From positions 6,029-70,028 of the forward strand of contig NZ_CAXTHV010000007.1 of the NCBI RefSeq assembly GCF_964244265.1: a stretch of DNA of 64,000 nucleotides, in the 5' to 3' direction. Position 1 is the stretch's first letter, and the number at the start of each line of letters is the position of its first letter. The translations under genes and the position numbers were made by a program. The stretch is from an uncultured Sphingomonas sp. GTDB taxonomy: Bacteria > Pseudomonadota > Alphaproteobacteria > Sphingomonadales > Sphingomonadaceae. Shown here in pieces: positions 9,985 to 20,254 of this stretch. The notes beneath the pieces are model-generated. The model made no database searches. It was not told the origin of the DNA and saw nothing but the letters and a program-made list of their open reading frames with translations.

Positions 9985-10272
9985 ATGGGCCTGCGCCCGG
10001 TTTGTGATTCGGAGTATCTCAAGAAGCTTGCTTTAGCCGCCGCAGCGCTCGCGCTGGTCCCTCCCGCCGCCATTGCGCAGGATGCCCCGCCTGCGCCACC
10101 CAAGCCCGAGAAGAAGGTCTGCCGCGTCGAAGGGGCCACCGGCACCATCATGCCGCCGAAGCGCATCTGCCACACCAAGGATGAATGGGCGGCAATCGAG
10201 GCGGCGTCGGGCCGCTCCAACGATAACTTTCGCGATGACAAACGCGCCGGGGTGGTTTCGGGCGACCGCTGA
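9985..10272 (+). CDS. Small secreted protein with a Cys pair
   Basis: Signal-peptide-like KKLALAAAALALVPPAAIA, then KKVCR...TGT...KRICHT..EW. Start uncertain. Confidence 0.6.
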   Translation: MGLRPVCDSEYLKKLALAAAALALVPPAAIAQDAPPAPPKPEKKVCRVEGATGTIMPPKRICHTKDEWAAIEAASGRSNDNFRDDKRAGVVSGDR

Positions 10273-10440
10273 TCCGCTTGACCCCGCGCAGCCTATCTGC
10301 CAAAGGCCGCGCCTTCGCACGTCGGCCCCGCACTTTCCGGTGAAGCGGTGGCCCTGCCGGTCGCAGGACCCCAGCAGCGCGATGACCGGATAAACGTCGT
10401 CCCCAGGCGGCGTTGTCGTTGGCAACTGCAAGGAAAGATC

Positions 10441-11055
10441 ATGTCGAAGCGCTCCAGCGCCAAGCACAAGCTCGATCGCCGCATGGGCGAGAACATCTGG
10501 GGACGGCCCAAATCCCCGGTGAACAAGCGTGAATACGGGCCCGGCCAGCATGGCCAGCGCCGCAAGGGCAAGATATCCGATTTCGGTATCCAGCTGCGCG
10601 CCAAGCAGAAGCTCAAAGGCTATTATGGCGACGTCACCGAGAAGCAGTTCCGCCACTGCTATGACGAAGCCGCGCGGATGAAGGGCGACACCGGTCAAAA
10701 CCTGATTGGTCTGCTCGAGCAGCGGCTGGACATGATTGTCTATCGCGCCAAGTTCGCTCCGACGATCTTCGCCGCGCGCCAGCTGGTCAGTCACGGTCAT
10801 ATCCGGGTCAACGGCGTGAAGTGCAACATCGCATCGCGCCGCTGCTATGTCGGCGAGGAGATCACGTTGGGGGCAAAGGCGCAGGAAATGGCGCTGGTGA
10901 TGGAAGCACAGGGTTTGGCCGAACGCGAAATCCCCGATTATGTCGCCCCCGACGGCACCGCCAAGGTGACTTTCACCCGCGTGCCCACGCTGGATGAAGT
11001 CCCCTATCCGGTGAAGATGGAACCGAACCTGGTGGTAGAGTTCTACAGCCGCTGA
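10441..11055 (+). CDS. rpsD: 30S ribosomal protein S4
   Basis: [55 protein letters not shown]. Confidence 0.98.
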   Translation: MSKRSSAKHKLDRRMGENIWGRPKSPVNKREYGPGQHGQRRKGKISDFGIQLRAKQKLKGYYGDVTEKQFRHCYDEAARMKGDTGQNLIGLLEQRLDMIVYRAKFAPTIFAARQLVSHGHIRVNGVKCNIASRRCYVGEEITLGAKAQEMALVMEAQGLAEREIPDYVAPDGTAKVTFTRVPTLDEVPYPVKMEPNLVVEFYSR

Positions 11056-11375
11056 CTCGAGGGTAGCGCGATTCAAACCGGCACCTGTCGGCGGCTTGGC
11101 CGGTAGCGCGCGTTTTTAGCGCCGACCGACACCGCCAGCTGATTGCACGTTCCATCAGCTATTCCCCCGCAGATCACGCCGACCGTTCGCTTGCGTCTGC
11201 GGCGAGCGAGTGCCAGACAGGCGAGGTCGATCACAAAGGGGCCCTGGATGCGCCGTTTTGCCTCGTCATTGCCGCTGTTCGCCGCGTCGTCGCGTGAACC
11301 GGCGACAGGATCGGCTCTGCCCTGCCATCCGGCCGTGCCATGCGGCGTGATGCGTCATTGCCGCCGCGCCGGGCA

Positions 11376-12365
11376 GTGACCGCGTTGTCGGCCGCGCCCG
11401 CCCCGCCCCCGCCCGAATGGGCACGGCACAAGGCGGTGTGGATCGGCTTTCCCAGCCACCCTGAATTATGGGAAGCCGATCTCGAGCCGGCACGGCGTGA
11501 AGTCGCCGCCTTTGTTCGCGCGGTCCATGCCGACGGGCGGGGCGAACAGGTGCTGCTGGTCGCCGCCGACGAGGAAGCTGCGACTGCCGCGCGCAGCCAC
11601 GCCGGCGACGCCGCAAAGATCGTCGTCGCGCCGTTCGGCGACATCTGGCTCCGCGATACCGGACCGATCATCCGCGGCGACGGGATCGCCGCCGACTTTG
11701 CGTTCAACGGCTGGGGCGGCAAATACGATCTGGCCGACGACGACGATGTCGGCCAGCGGCTGGCCAAGGCGCGGGGCAAGCGGGTGGAGCGCTTCGACTG
11801 GGTGTTGGAAGGTGGCGCCATCGACGGCGACGGCACTGGGATGGCGGTGACAACCGAGCAATGCCTGCTCAACCGCAACCGCAACGGCGCGCTGTCGCGC
11901 AGCGAGATCGAGGATCTGCTGTACCGGGATCTCGGACTCGGCGAGCTGTTATGGCTGGGCGATGGGCTGCTCAATGACCATACCGACGGCCATGTCGACA
12001 ATCTGGCGCGGTTCGTTGCGCCCCGTCGGCTGGCAATCCCCCAGGCGGCGGACAACGATCCTAACTGGCAGGTCTATCAGCGCGCCGTCGCACGAGCGCG
12101 TCAGCATCGCGACATCGAGGTCGTGACGGTGCCGTCACCAGGCCGCATCCTGCGCGGCGAGGAAATTGTGCCGGCGAGCTATATGAACTTCTATATCGGC
12201 AATGCCACAGTAATAGTGCCAATCTATGGTGCCGAGAATGACGAGGCGGCGGTGGCCGAAATCGGCGCCCTGTTCCCCGACCGCCGCACGGTCGGCCTGC
12301 GCGCCGATCACATCCTGACCGGCGGCGGCAGCTTTCACTGCATCAGCCAGCAGATTCCCGCCTGA
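11376..12365 (+). CDS. aguA: Agmatine deiminase family protein
   Basis: PPEW, DIWLRDTGP, FNGWGGKY, LEGGAIDGDG, DHTDGHVD, GGGSFHCISQQIP. Confidence 0.88.
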   Translation: MTALSAAPAPPPPEWARHKAVWIGFPSHPELWEADLEPARREVAAFVRAVHADGRGEQVLLVAADEEAATAARSHAGDAAKIVVAPFGDIWLRDTGPIIRGDGIAADFAFNGWGGKYDLADDDDVGQRLAKARGKRVERFDWVLEGGAIDGDGTGMAVTTEQCLLNRNRNGALSRSEIEDLLYRDLGLGELLWLGDGLLNDHTDGHVDNLARFVAPRRLAIPQAADNDPNWQVYQRAVARARQHRDIEVVTVPSPGRILRGEEIVPASYMNFYIGNATVIVPIYGAENDEAAVAEIGALFPDRRTVGLRADHILTGGGSFHCISQQIPA

Positions 12366-12486
12366 AGACAGTCGGCCCCATCGGCGAGTTGGAGTCGGTC
12401 TTGTTCAGGTGGCACTGGCCGGTGCCGGTTTCCGTCAAGGACGGACAAAGCCTGGGGTGCAGACCCCAGCTTGGCGAAGGATCGAC

Positions 12487-13065
12487 TTACTCGGTCAATT
12501 TGACGACCGCGACAATCCAGCGACCGGTGCGCCGAACGATCCGGCAATTGGTCCTTGACCTCATTCCTCCAAGGAAGCGCTCGTGAATGCCCCCCGCATG
12601 CTGGGCGAAGTCGTAATAGTCGATGCGGTGATGCGCGAGGACCAGCGTACCGCCGGGCCGCAGCGCGCGTGCGATCGCTTCCGCTACCGCACGCATGTCG
12701 CGAGGTGACAGATAGTAGAGCAGCTCCGCGATGACGACGACATCGTACAGCGGGCGGGGGAAAGGGGCCGGCAAAGCAAGACGAAGGGCGCGGGCCCGAT
12801 GCCAGGGAGCGATCGCCTCCGCAGTCAATTGGGTTCCCTCTTGCGTTCCCTCGGTGGCATCGAGCCGCAAGGCGCGGGGCGCGATCGCTGCGCTGTTTGA
12901 GCCGTTGCCGGCCGCGAGTTCCAGCACGCGGCCGATCGGCCCCGGTCCCAGCGCGCGAAGGATGGCGCGCCTCTTCATTGCCTCGTCTCGATCCGTAAAC
13001 GTCAGCCACGGATCGTCGGACTCGCTGAATTTCGTGGCGAACTGGTCCAGGCCCGCGGCGCTCAT
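12487..13065 (-). CDS. NodS-like SAM-dependent methyltransferase
   Basis: DDPW...DEAMKR, VLELAAGNG, YDVVVIAELLYYL, LRPGGTLVLAH. Confidence 0.8.
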   Translation of the reverse strand: MSAAGLDQFATKFSESDDPWLTFTDRDEAMKRRAILRALGPGPIGRVLELAAGNGSNSAAIAPRALRLDATEGTQEGTQLTAEAIAPWHRARALRLALPAPFPRPLYDVVVIAELLYYLSPRDMRAVAEAIARALRPGGTLVLAHHRIDYYDFAQHAGGIHERFLGGMRSRTNCRIVRRTGRWIVAVVKLTE

Positions 13066-13715
13066 TGTTGCCCCGCCCGGAAATAGCGCTCGACGGGGTG
13101 CGTGAAGAGGACGGCTTCGTGCCTGGCGATGGCGAAGCCCTGGGGATCATCCGTGATCGCGCCGGTCTGCGTACGATAGACGCCCAGGACCGAGCGCTTC
13201 GCGGCGGCGCTTCGCCCGGTCGGCAGTGCCCAGCCATCGGTACGGTTTCGGGTGGTGGGCCAGACCCGGTACGCCAACCGACGAGCCGCACAGGGCGCCG
13301 CCATCAGCGCCGCCGCCACCGCCCGATGATCGGGATGGGCATCATCGGCGGCGGGCCCGACCAGCAGGTCGAGGTCGCCCCGGCGGGCGAGCGACCGGGC
13401 AATCGCGCGGTAACAATCACGTTGCCGGGCGACCAGTGCCCCATCAGGCAAATTCAGGAACTCGACTGCCGGGGCGGTCAGCCCCAGCCTCAAGAGCGCG
13501 CGGCGGCTTTCCTTGCGGCGGGCGGCCGCCAACCGGGCGCGGGGCCAACGCGCGCTCGACGGATGCGAGGCCGCGCCGTCGGTGACAACGACGACTCCTA
13601 CGCTCGTCCCTTGCCGCAATAAGGTCTGGATCACGCCGAAAGCGCCGATAATCTCGTCATCGGCATGTGGTGCCACGACCAGCGCCGACCGCGGCCGGCC
13701 GAGGCGCAGTCTCAA
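13062..13715 (-). CDS. PIG-L/LmbE family N-deacetylase
   Basis: VVAPHADDE, VTDGAASHP, RRKESRRAL, LPDG, DAHPDH. Confidence 0.88.
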   Translation of the reverse strand: MRLRLGRPRSALVVAPHADDEIIGAFGVIQTLLRQGTSVGVVVVTDGAASHPSSARWPRARLAAARRKESRRALLRLGLTAPAVEFLNLPDGALVARQRDCYRAIARSLARRGDLDLLVGPAADDAHPDHRAVAAALMAAPCAARRLAYRVWPTTRNRTDGWALPTGRSAAAKRSVLGVYRTQTGAITDDPQGFAIARHEAVLFTHPVERYFRAGQQ

Positions 13716-14719
13716 AGTGCCGGTTCCAAGGCACCATCGGCAATTGCCTTGCCGACCCGCATGCGCTGCGCGTCAGGTGCTGGCTGGCACAGATAGACCG
13801 GCAGGTCGGCGAGTGTATGGGCCAAGGGGTGGCTGAGGAACATGCCCTGCAGCCCCACCGCCTCACGTGCGACCGACATCGCCTGGTTGGCCAGATCGGC
13901 CACTGCCAGCCTTGCCGCCGCGACGCGCGGCAGCCTGGCCGTGTCGGGCTCGTCGAACCAGCGCAAGGCAATTGCCCGTACGGTGTCGGCGGCGCTCTGC
14001 GCCATTGCGTACAGCGCCGCCAGGCGTGCTGCTTGGTGCGGATTGTCGGCACGACCGAGCTTTACCAGATGGTCCCGGCTTTGATCGAACAGCGTCGCCA
14101 CGCCTCCCGCCTGGACCGCGACGAAGCGGAGCGCACCGCCGCTGAACCAGGGCTCTTGGGCATAGTCACCCGGACGGCCGATCATATCGCTTTCGCGGAC
14201 CGGCACGTCCGACCAGGATACCAGGTGCGTCTCGGAGCGCTGCATGCCCGTCGTCCGCCACCACGTGCGATCGATCATGGGCACCAGGCCGGCCAGGTCG
14301 ATAAGCAGCAGCTGCGGCCCCGCCGGCGTCGCCGCGGTCACCAGGGCGTGGGTAAGGACGCCGGCCCCGGAAGCATAGGATTTGCCGCCCGACAATCGGC
14401 CCGCTTCCAGCGACAGCGATCGACCCTGGAATTCGGCGTTCCAGACGCCCAGCATGGCCCCGCGATCAAGCGCGTCGCCGAGCGACGCCAGCTGCGCCGG
14501 CGTCCCATAACGGTGCATGATCTGGACTGCATCGACATGCCCTTCGAACAAACGGCCCAGCGGCAGGTCGCGGCGGCCCGTGGCGTACAGCAGGCGAAGC
14601 AGCGCGAGAAACGCATCGGCATCGGCTGGATCGCCCAGGTCTGATCCGGCGCCACGCAGCGACAATACTGCCGCTCGCAACAGGCCGGCAATCGGGGGTA
14701 TTTCTGGCGAATCGTTCAC
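13712..14719 (-). CDS. Acyl-CoA dehydrogenase-like protein
   Basis: LGRLFEGHVDA, LSGGKSYASGAG, W..TGMQRSET, ADLPVYLCQP. Confidence 0.78.
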   Translation of the reverse strand: MNDSPEIPPIAGLLRAAVLSLRGAGSDLGDPADADAFLALLRLLYATGRRDLPLGRLFEGHVDAVQIMHRYGTPAQLASLGDALDRGAMLGVWNAEFQGRSLSLEAGRLSGGKSYASGAGVLTHALVTAATPAGPQLLLIDLAGLVPMIDRTWWRTTGMQRSETHLVSWSDVPVRESDMIGRPGDYAQEPWFSGGALRFVAVQAGGVATLFDQSRDHLVKLGRADNPHQAARLAALYAMAQSAADTVRAIALRWFDEPDTARLPRVAAARLAVADLANQAMSVAREAVGLQGMFLSHPLAHTLADLPVYLCQPAPDAQRMRVGKAIADGALEPAL

Positions 14720-15723
14720 GCGGCCTCATCGACCGTCATGGTCTCCATCGCCGCCAGCCGCCGTTCGGCTTCCGGCAGCGGAACGGACTGCTGCGCCCCG
14801 GGCGGCGCCGGCACGATCCGCATCGCGAACGCCTCCGCATTGGGGCAGTCGCGCGCGACGCCGCGGACATGATCTTCGCTCAAGCCGATCTTGCGGCCGA
14901 ATTCGGTGGCCGCTCCACTCTGGTGGAACACGCGTCTTGCCTCTGCTTGCATGCGATATTGCCACAAGGCGGCGACCGGGTCGCCGACCATCGGCTCGAT
15001 CCCGCGGTCCAGATCGCGCAGTACCGCCGCCAGGCCGCCGGGCACGCGCCCCGATCGGCGGGCCGAGGTGACGACCACCATGCGCGGATCGCGGCGGACG
15101 CGCAGGCCGGCACGGCTGGCATCGTCGAGCAGCCGCGCGTCTTCTCCTGCGACCAGCGGGGCGAACCCGCCCAATGAGATATATTCGGAGGCCCTGATCG
15201 CCAGGTTTGCACCCCCGCCAAAATGATGCGTGTCGGGAAGCTCCCACACCACCGGATCGACCCGTCGGCGCAGCGCATATAGACGATCGAGATAGTCTTC
15301 GAGGCGCGAAGCGAGCGATGGCCCGGCCGCATCGCGGCGGATGATTCGTCCCGCGGCGACCTCAACCTCGGCAAGCGAGGAAGCGGATCGTACGATCCAG
15401 TCCGGCTCGGGTGCACTATCGGCGTCGGTAGTAAGCAGCAGCGCGCCGCGATCCGCGCCGACTTTTCGTAGGCCCAGCGCCATAGCCGCGCCGCGGGCCC
15501 GGCCGGCATTGCTGCTGTCATTGGCATCGCTGCGCCCGATGAAGACCGGGAGCCCGGTCCGCTGCGCAAAATCGCCGATAACGCCATTACTGTTGTCGGT
15601 GCAATTATCGAGATAAACGCACAGGGAGAAAGGCATCCCACCGGTCTGGCGCTGCAACGCCGACAGCAGGATGGGAAGCTCTGCTTCCTCGTTGCGCACA
15701 GGCACGCATATGGCGATCGGCAA
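14716..15723 (-). CDS. GT2 family glycosyltransferase
   Basis: ICVPVRNEE, DNCTD, AGRARGAAM, LLTTDADS (DxD), GANLAIRA..Y..LGGF, GEDARL, VVTSARR.GR. Confidence 0.85.
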   Translation of the reverse strand: MPIAICVPVRNEEAELPILLSALQRQTGGMPFSLCVYLDNCTDNSNGVIGDFAQRTGLPVFIGRSDANDSSNAGRARGAAMALGLRKVGADRGALLLTTDADSAPEPDWIVRSASSLAEVEVAAGRIIRRDAAGPSLASRLEDYLDRLYALRRRVDPVVWELPDTHHFGGGANLAIRASEYISLGGFAPLVAGEDARLLDDASRAGLRVRRDPRMVVVTSARRSGRVPGGLAAVLRDLDRGIEPMVGDPVAALWQYRMQAEARRVFHQSGAATEFGRKIGLSEDHVRGVARDCPNAEAFAMRIVPAPPGAQQSVPLPEAERRLAAMETMTVDEAA

Positions 15724-15858
15724 TATGGTCGGTTCCTTTCGGGCAAAGATGTTTTATCAGCTTAAAGGCCGGCAAGCACCGCCGACTTGACCTCGATCAG
15801 TGCGTCATCTTCAGGATGGCCGTGAGATATGGCGGCCTTTTGCCTTGGAACACGGATT

Positions 15859-15944
15859 TGGTGGACAGGGCTGGATTCGAACCAGCGTACGCTTGCACGG
15901 GCAGATTTACAGTCTGCTGCCTTTAACCACTCGGCCACCTGTCC
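15859..15944 (-). tRNA. tRNA-Tyr(GTA)
   Basis: Reverse complement GGACAGGTGGCCGAGTGGTTAAAGGCAGCAGACTGTAAATCTGCC...GGTTCGAATCCAGCCCTGTCCACCA. Long variable arm, anticodon GTA, encoded CCA. Confidence 0.97.
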
Positions 15945-15974
15945 AGGGGAGGCGCTATTGAAAAGCGAGGGCGC

Positions 15975-16003
15975 CCAATGCCGAAGCGGGAAGCGCGTGT
16001 CAA
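15975..16003 (-). promoter_or_regulatory. Probable sigma70 promoter of tRNA-Tyr
   Basis: TTGACA-N17-CATTGG on the minus strand about 30 nt upstream of the tRNA. Confidence 0.5.
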
Positions 16004-16167
16004 CGCACGGGTCCTGGCCTTGCGCCCCGGCTGACGCGGCAATAGCGTGCGCGCGTCATTGTTTCCTTCCGAAGGGCTCGTCATCATGCGCATGTCGATC
16101 GCCGTCGTTGCGATTATTTCGCCGGTCATGCCCGTAATTTGCCGATGACCACGGTCAGGTCACGCCG

Positions 16168-16941
16168 ATGAAGCGGCGTGGGCATCGGCCGTCGCAGGCG
16201 CCAGGCAACCGGCCCCGCCTGTGGGGACGGCACGCCGTTACCGCCGCGCTGGCCAATCCCGAGCGCATTGTGCGCAAGCTGTGGGCGACGCGCGAGGGGA
16301 TAGTCGGACTGGACATCCCGCCGGTGGTGCCGATCACCTTTGCCGATGTCGCCGATCTGGGTCGGCTGGTCCCTGCCGATGCGCCCCACCAGGGCCTGAT
16401 CGCCGAGGTCGATCCGCTGGAGGAGGTTTGGCTGGGCGACCTGCTGGACCAGGGCGCCGCCGATCCGCCCGAGCGCCAGCGACCGCTTCTAGTGCTCGAT
16501 CACGTCACCGATCCGCACAATGTCGGCGCGATCCTGCGGTCGGCAGCGGCGTTCGACGCGCTGGGCATCGTCACGCAGGACCGTCATGCCCCGCCCGAAT
16601 CGGGGGCGCTGGCTCGTGCCGCTTCGGGTGCGCTGGAACTGGTGCCGTGGGTCCGCGTGGTCAACCTGGCGCGCGCGCTGGGCGAGATTGCCGAGGCCGG
16701 TTTCTGGCGGATCGGGCTGGCCGGGGAGGCGACCGACATCCTGGCCACGGCGATCGGCGGCGCGCGCGTGGCGCTGGTGCTGGGCGCCGAAGGCGAAGGA
16801 ATTCGCCACAACACCGCGCAACATTGCGACCAGCTTGCGCGATTGCCGATATCGCCTAGGGTCGCAAGCCTTAACGTTTCGAATGCCGCGGCGATCGCGC
16901 TCTATGCGGTAGCGGCGCGGGACCGGGTGCAGACCAATTAA
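16168..16941 (+). CDS. rlmB: 23S rRNA Gm2251 methyltransferase RlmB (TrmH family)
   Basis: LWGRHAV, PHQG, LDHVTDPHNVGAILRSA, LGAEGEG, SLNVSNAAA. Confidence 0.88.
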   Translation: MKRRGHRPSQAPGNRPRLWGRHAVTAALANPERIVRKLWATREGIVGLDIPPVVPITFADVADLGRLVPADAPHQGLIAEVDPLEEVWLGDLLDQGAADPPERQRPLLVLDHVTDPHNVGAILRSAAAFDALGIVTQDRHAPPESGALARAASGALELVPWVRVVNLARALGEIAEAGFWRIGLAGEATDILATAIGGARVALVLGAEGEGIRHNTAQHCDQLARLPISPRVASLNVSNAAAIALYAVAARDRVQTN

Positions 16942-16957
16942 CGTAAGGGGCCTCGTC

Positions 16958-17689
16958 ATGATCGCTCGGTTGGTTCGCGTCGCGCTGCCGCTGCTGGCGC
17001 CGCTGGTGCTCGCTGCCTGCGTGCTGGCGCCCGGCAAGTTCACGTCCAGTCTGGTGATCAACGCCGATCGCACCTTCACCTATAGCTATACCGGCGAAGT
17101 CTATGCGTTCGACGCCGACAAGATGATGCAGGGCATGGGCAAGTCCGATGGCGGCGCGACCGATAGCTCCTCCAAGACCCGGATCGCCTGGTGGAGTGAC
17201 GACAAGGCAGGCAATGCCGACGACAAGGCTACGGTCGAGGCCAAGAACAAGGCGCTCGCCGATGCGCTGTCGAAGGAGGCGGGATACCGCAAGGCGGAGT
17301 ATCTGGGGAACGGCAAGTTCATGATCGACTATCAGGTCGGCGGTCGGCTCGACCATGCCTTCGTCTTTCCCTATAACCTGGACGCCGGGATCATCATTCC
17401 GTTCATCGTCGTCGAGGTTCGTGCCAACGGTACCGTCCGCGTCAAGGCGCCGGGCTTCGCCAATGACAGCAAGGACCAACTGGGCGGCGCGTCGGGGCCC
17501 AGCGATGGCGCCAAGACGATGTCGAAGCTGGACGGCACCTTCACGCTCGACACCGACGCCGAGATCATCAGCCAGAATAATGAGGCGGGGGTGCAGACCG
17601 TCGGTGGTCGCCGGACGATCGCCTGGAAGGCGACGCCGCTCGCCGACACCGCGCCGCTGGCGGTGCTCAAACTGACGTCGGTGAAGTGA
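16958..17689 (+). CDS. Hypothetical lipoprotein
   Basis: Lipobox LAAC after a hydrophobic signal. Typical codon usage. Confidence 0.7.
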   Translation: MIARLVRVALPLLAPLVLAACVLAPGKFTSSLVINADRTFTYSYTGEVYAFDADKMMQGMGKSDGGATDSSSKTRIAWWSDDKAGNADDKATVEAKNKALADALSKEAGYRKAEYLGNGKFMIDYQVGGRLDHAFVFPYNLDAGIIIPFIVVEVRANGTVRVKAPGFANDSKDQLGGASGPSDGAKTMSKLDGTFTLDTDAEIISQNNEAGVQTVGGRRTIAWKATPLADTAPLAVLKLTSVK

Positions 17690-17715
17690 CTGGCCGGGTC
17701 AGTACCTGGGGCGGC

Positions 17716-18033
17716 TCAGTCCTCTTCGGCAATGCGGACGGTCATGCCGTCCAGCGCATCGTTCATCGGCAACTGGCACGACAGCCGGCTGTTCCCGTCG
17801 CGGAACGACGACGAATCCAGCAGGTCGTTCTCATCCTCGCTCATCGGCGGCAGTTTGGCGGCAAAATTCGGGTCGACATGGACATGGCAGGTGGCGCAGC
17901 TGCAGCAGCCGCCGCATAGGGCCAGCATTTCGTCAATCCCCGCGTCGCGAATGACTTCCATGATCGAAAGGCCGGTCTCGCCCGTGACTTCCTGTTCTTC
18001 CCCGTCGCGGGTCACGACGATAAGCTTGGGCAT
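17716..18033 (-). CDS. fdx: Adrenodoxin/putidaredoxin-type 2Fe-2S ferredoxin
   Basis: [12 protein letters not shown]...SRLSCQ. Confidence 0.92.
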   Translation of the reverse strand: MPKLIVVTRDGEEQEVTGETGLSIMEVIRDAGIDEMLALCGGCCSCATCHVHVDPNFAAKLPPMSEDENDLLDSSSFRDGNSRLSCQLPMNDALDGMTVRIAEED

Positions 18034-18102
18034 GACGATATCCTTCCAACTGGCTCCTCGTGCCCTAGCCGTGTCCCGGGCGATCGATCAAGTGCGGTCG
18101 CG

Positions 18103-18726
18103 ATGGTGCTGACCACGCAATCGCTCAGTGCCGCGCTGGACGCTCTCGCGGCGATCGAGCCGGCATTCGGCGCGGCGCTGGACCGCGCCGGCTACCCTGC
18201 GCCACGCAAGCGCGATCCCGGCTATGCCACCTTGCTCCGCACGATCATCGGCCAGCAGGTCAGCGTGGCGGCGGCGACGTCGGTCTGGAACAAGCTGGAA
18301 GCCGCTCTGGGCGATCTGACCGACCCCGCCACCATCGTCGCGGCGGGCGACGGTCAATTGCGCGCTTGCGGCATGTCGCGCCAGAAATCGGGCTATGCCC
18401 GCAGCCTGGCCGAAGAGGTGAGCAGCGCCCGGCTGGACCTTCCTCATCTGCCCGACGACGACGAGGAGGCGATCGCCAAGCTCGTCACGATCAAGGGCAT
18501 CGGGCGGTGGTCGGCCGAAATCTACCTGCTGTTCGCCGAGGGGCGGCCCGACATCTGGCCGGCGGGGGATCTAGCGGTTCAGATCGAGATCGGGCGCATC
18601 CTGGGACATGATGTTCGGCCCAGCGAAAAGGCGGTGCGGGCGCTGGCCGAAGCATGGCGCCCCCATCGCGGCGCCGCAGCGATATTGGCATGGCATCACT
18701 ACAAGGTCGACCTGGCGGTGATTTGA
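18103..18726 (+). CDS. alkA: DNA-3-methyladenine glycosylase II (AlkA family)
   Basis: IIGQQVSVAAA, HhH IKGIGRWSAE, DIWPAGD, WRPHR. Confidence 0.87.
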   Translation: MVLTTQSLSAALDALAAIEPAFGAALDRAGYPAPRKRDPGYATLLRTIIGQQVSVAAATSVWNKLEAALGDLTDPATIVAAGDGQLRACGMSRQKSGYARSLAEEVSSARLDLPHLPDDDEEAIAKLVTIKGIGRWSAEIYLLFAEGRPDIWPAGDLAVQIEIGRILGHDVRPSEKAVRALAEAWRPHRGAAAILAWHHYKVDLAVI

Positions 18727-18839
18727 CGTCCGGCCCTATGGACCAACCCGATTTCGTCCCTGGCGGCGGTATCATCCTTGCCCAAATCCGGGATCGCCGC
18801 ACCACCCAAACACCGCTTTGGCGGATCAGGTGCGAGGCG

Positions 18840-19262
18840 TCATCGCGTCGGCGTCCACACGACCGTCTGGCAAAGGATCGACAGGCAGCCCTTGACCCTG
18901 AGCTTGCCGTCGGCCGCCGTTGTCACCACCGCACGATAGGTCCGGCCGCTACGCGGGTCGTAGATGCGGCCGGTCCAGCCGTCGCCGTCCGCCGCCAGGT
19001 CGGTCAGGAGCGGCAGCCCGAGCAGCGGGCGGGTACGGAGCGTCGCGTCCGGGTTCTTGGCATCGACCTGCGGCCCGACGGGAGGCTTGAGGAAGCGTTC
19101 GATGCGCCCGCATATTTTGTTTCCGCAATCGGCGATTGCGACCACGGCACCGCCGTCATTGGTGATCCACCGCCCCTTGATCGGCGTCGCGGCAATGGCG
19201 GTGGCGGGCAGCATCGTGGCGAGCGCGAGTGCGGCAAATCGCTTAAGGATCGGTCGAATCAT
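18840..19262 (-). CDS. DUF2147 family secreted protein
   Basis: Signal peptide, GRW, CG.I, D.KNPD..LR.RPLLG, GRIYDPRSGRTY, VKGC...LC.TVVW. Confidence 0.85.
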   Translation of the reverse strand: MIRPILKRFAALALATMLPATAIAATPIKGRWITNDGGAVVAIADCGNKICGRIERFLKPPVGPQVDAKNPDATLRTRPLLGLPLLTDLAADGDGWTGRIYDPRSGRTYRAVVTTAADGKLRVKGCLSILCQTVVWTPTR

Positions 19263-19285
19263 CGAAAAGGTTTGACGGAGGCGAC

Positions 19286-20179
19286 ATGAACGACAGCTGG
19301 ACGATCGGCGTGATCGGGGGATCGGGGCTTTATGCGATCGACGGGTTGGACCAGGCCGAATGGCGGACGGTCGATACGCCGTGGGGAGCGCCGTCGGACC
19401 AGTTGCTGTTCGGGCGGATCGGCGACGTGCGGCTGGTGTTCCTGCCGCGCCATGGGCGTGGCCATGTCATCCCGCCGTCGGAATTGAACGTCCGCGCCAA
19501 TATCGATGCACTGAAGCAGTCGGGATGCACCGACATTCTGGCAATCTCGTCCATCGGTTCCTTGCGCGAGGACTTGCCGCCCGGCCATTTCGTCGTCGTC
19601 GACCAGTTCATCGACCGTACATTTGCCCGCCCAACCAGCTTTTTCGGCACCGGCATGGTCGCGCATGTCAGCATGGCGCAGCCCGTCTGCGAGCGCCTGT
19701 CGGGCTATGCCGCAGCCGCGGTGACGGCGGCCGGCGGGGCGGTGGCCACGGGCAAGACCTATGTCGCGATGGAAGGTCCGCAATTCTCGACCCGCGCCGA
19801 AAGCCTGCTCTATCGGCAATGGGGTGCCGACGTGATCGGCATGACCGCCATGCCGGAGGCCAAGCTCGCCCGCGAGGCGGAACTGCCTTATGCGCTGATC
19901 GGGATGGTCACCGACTATGATTGCTGGCGCGACAGCGAGGCGCCGGTCGAGGTCAGCGAGGTGATCGGGCAGATGCAGCGCAACGGTGCGGTCGCGCGCG
20001 CCACCGTCGCCGCGTTCGTCAATGCCTTGCCGGCGGCCCGCGACCCTTCCCCGATCGATTCAGTGCTCGATTTTGCACTGATCACCGACCCCGCGCGATG
20101 CGACCCGACGATGCTCGCAAAACTCGACGCCGTGGCCGGCCGCGTGTTACGCACCATGGATCGGGCGCAACCCGCGTGA
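19286..20179 (+). CDS. mtnP: S-methyl-5'-thioadenosine phosphorylase
   Basis: GVIGGSGLY, TPWGAPSD, LPRHGRGH, EGPQFSTRAES, IGMT, VTDYDCW. Confidence 0.93.
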   Translation: MNDSWTIGVIGGSGLYAIDGLDQAEWRTVDTPWGAPSDQLLFGRIGDVRLVFLPRHGRGHVIPPSELNVRANIDALKQSGCTDILAISSIGSLREDLPPGHFVVVDQFIDRTFARPTSFFGTGMVAHVSMAQPVCERLSGYAAAAVTAAGGAVATGKTYVAMEGPQFSTRAESLLYRQWGADVIGMTAMPEAKLAREAELPYALIGMVTDYDCWRDSEAPVEVSEVIGQMQRNGAVARATVAAFVNALPAARDPSPIDSVLDFALITDPARCDPTMLAKLDAVAGRVLRTMDRAQPA

Positions 20180-20254
20180 AAAGGGGTCTGGCGCAGCGCA
20201 ACTAAAGAGGCAGCGACGCGTATCAGCCCTGGTAATCAGCAGACGGGATCACAG

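Noticed and set aside
11056-11375. Long rpsD-aguA intergenic region as a guanidine riboswitch or small gene
   Set aside because: No recognisable ykkC, mini-ykkC or class III motif. The ORFs have no RBS or plausible composition.
12430-12470. Possible att duplicate of the tRNA-Tyr 3' end (GGACAAAGCCTGG versus GGACAGGGCTGG)
   Set aside because: Match too short and gapped, and no integrase is present.
20180-20254. yybP-ykoY riboswitch or Mur box before mntH
   Set aside because: Only AAAGGGG matches. The region is too short and lacks the other conserved elements.
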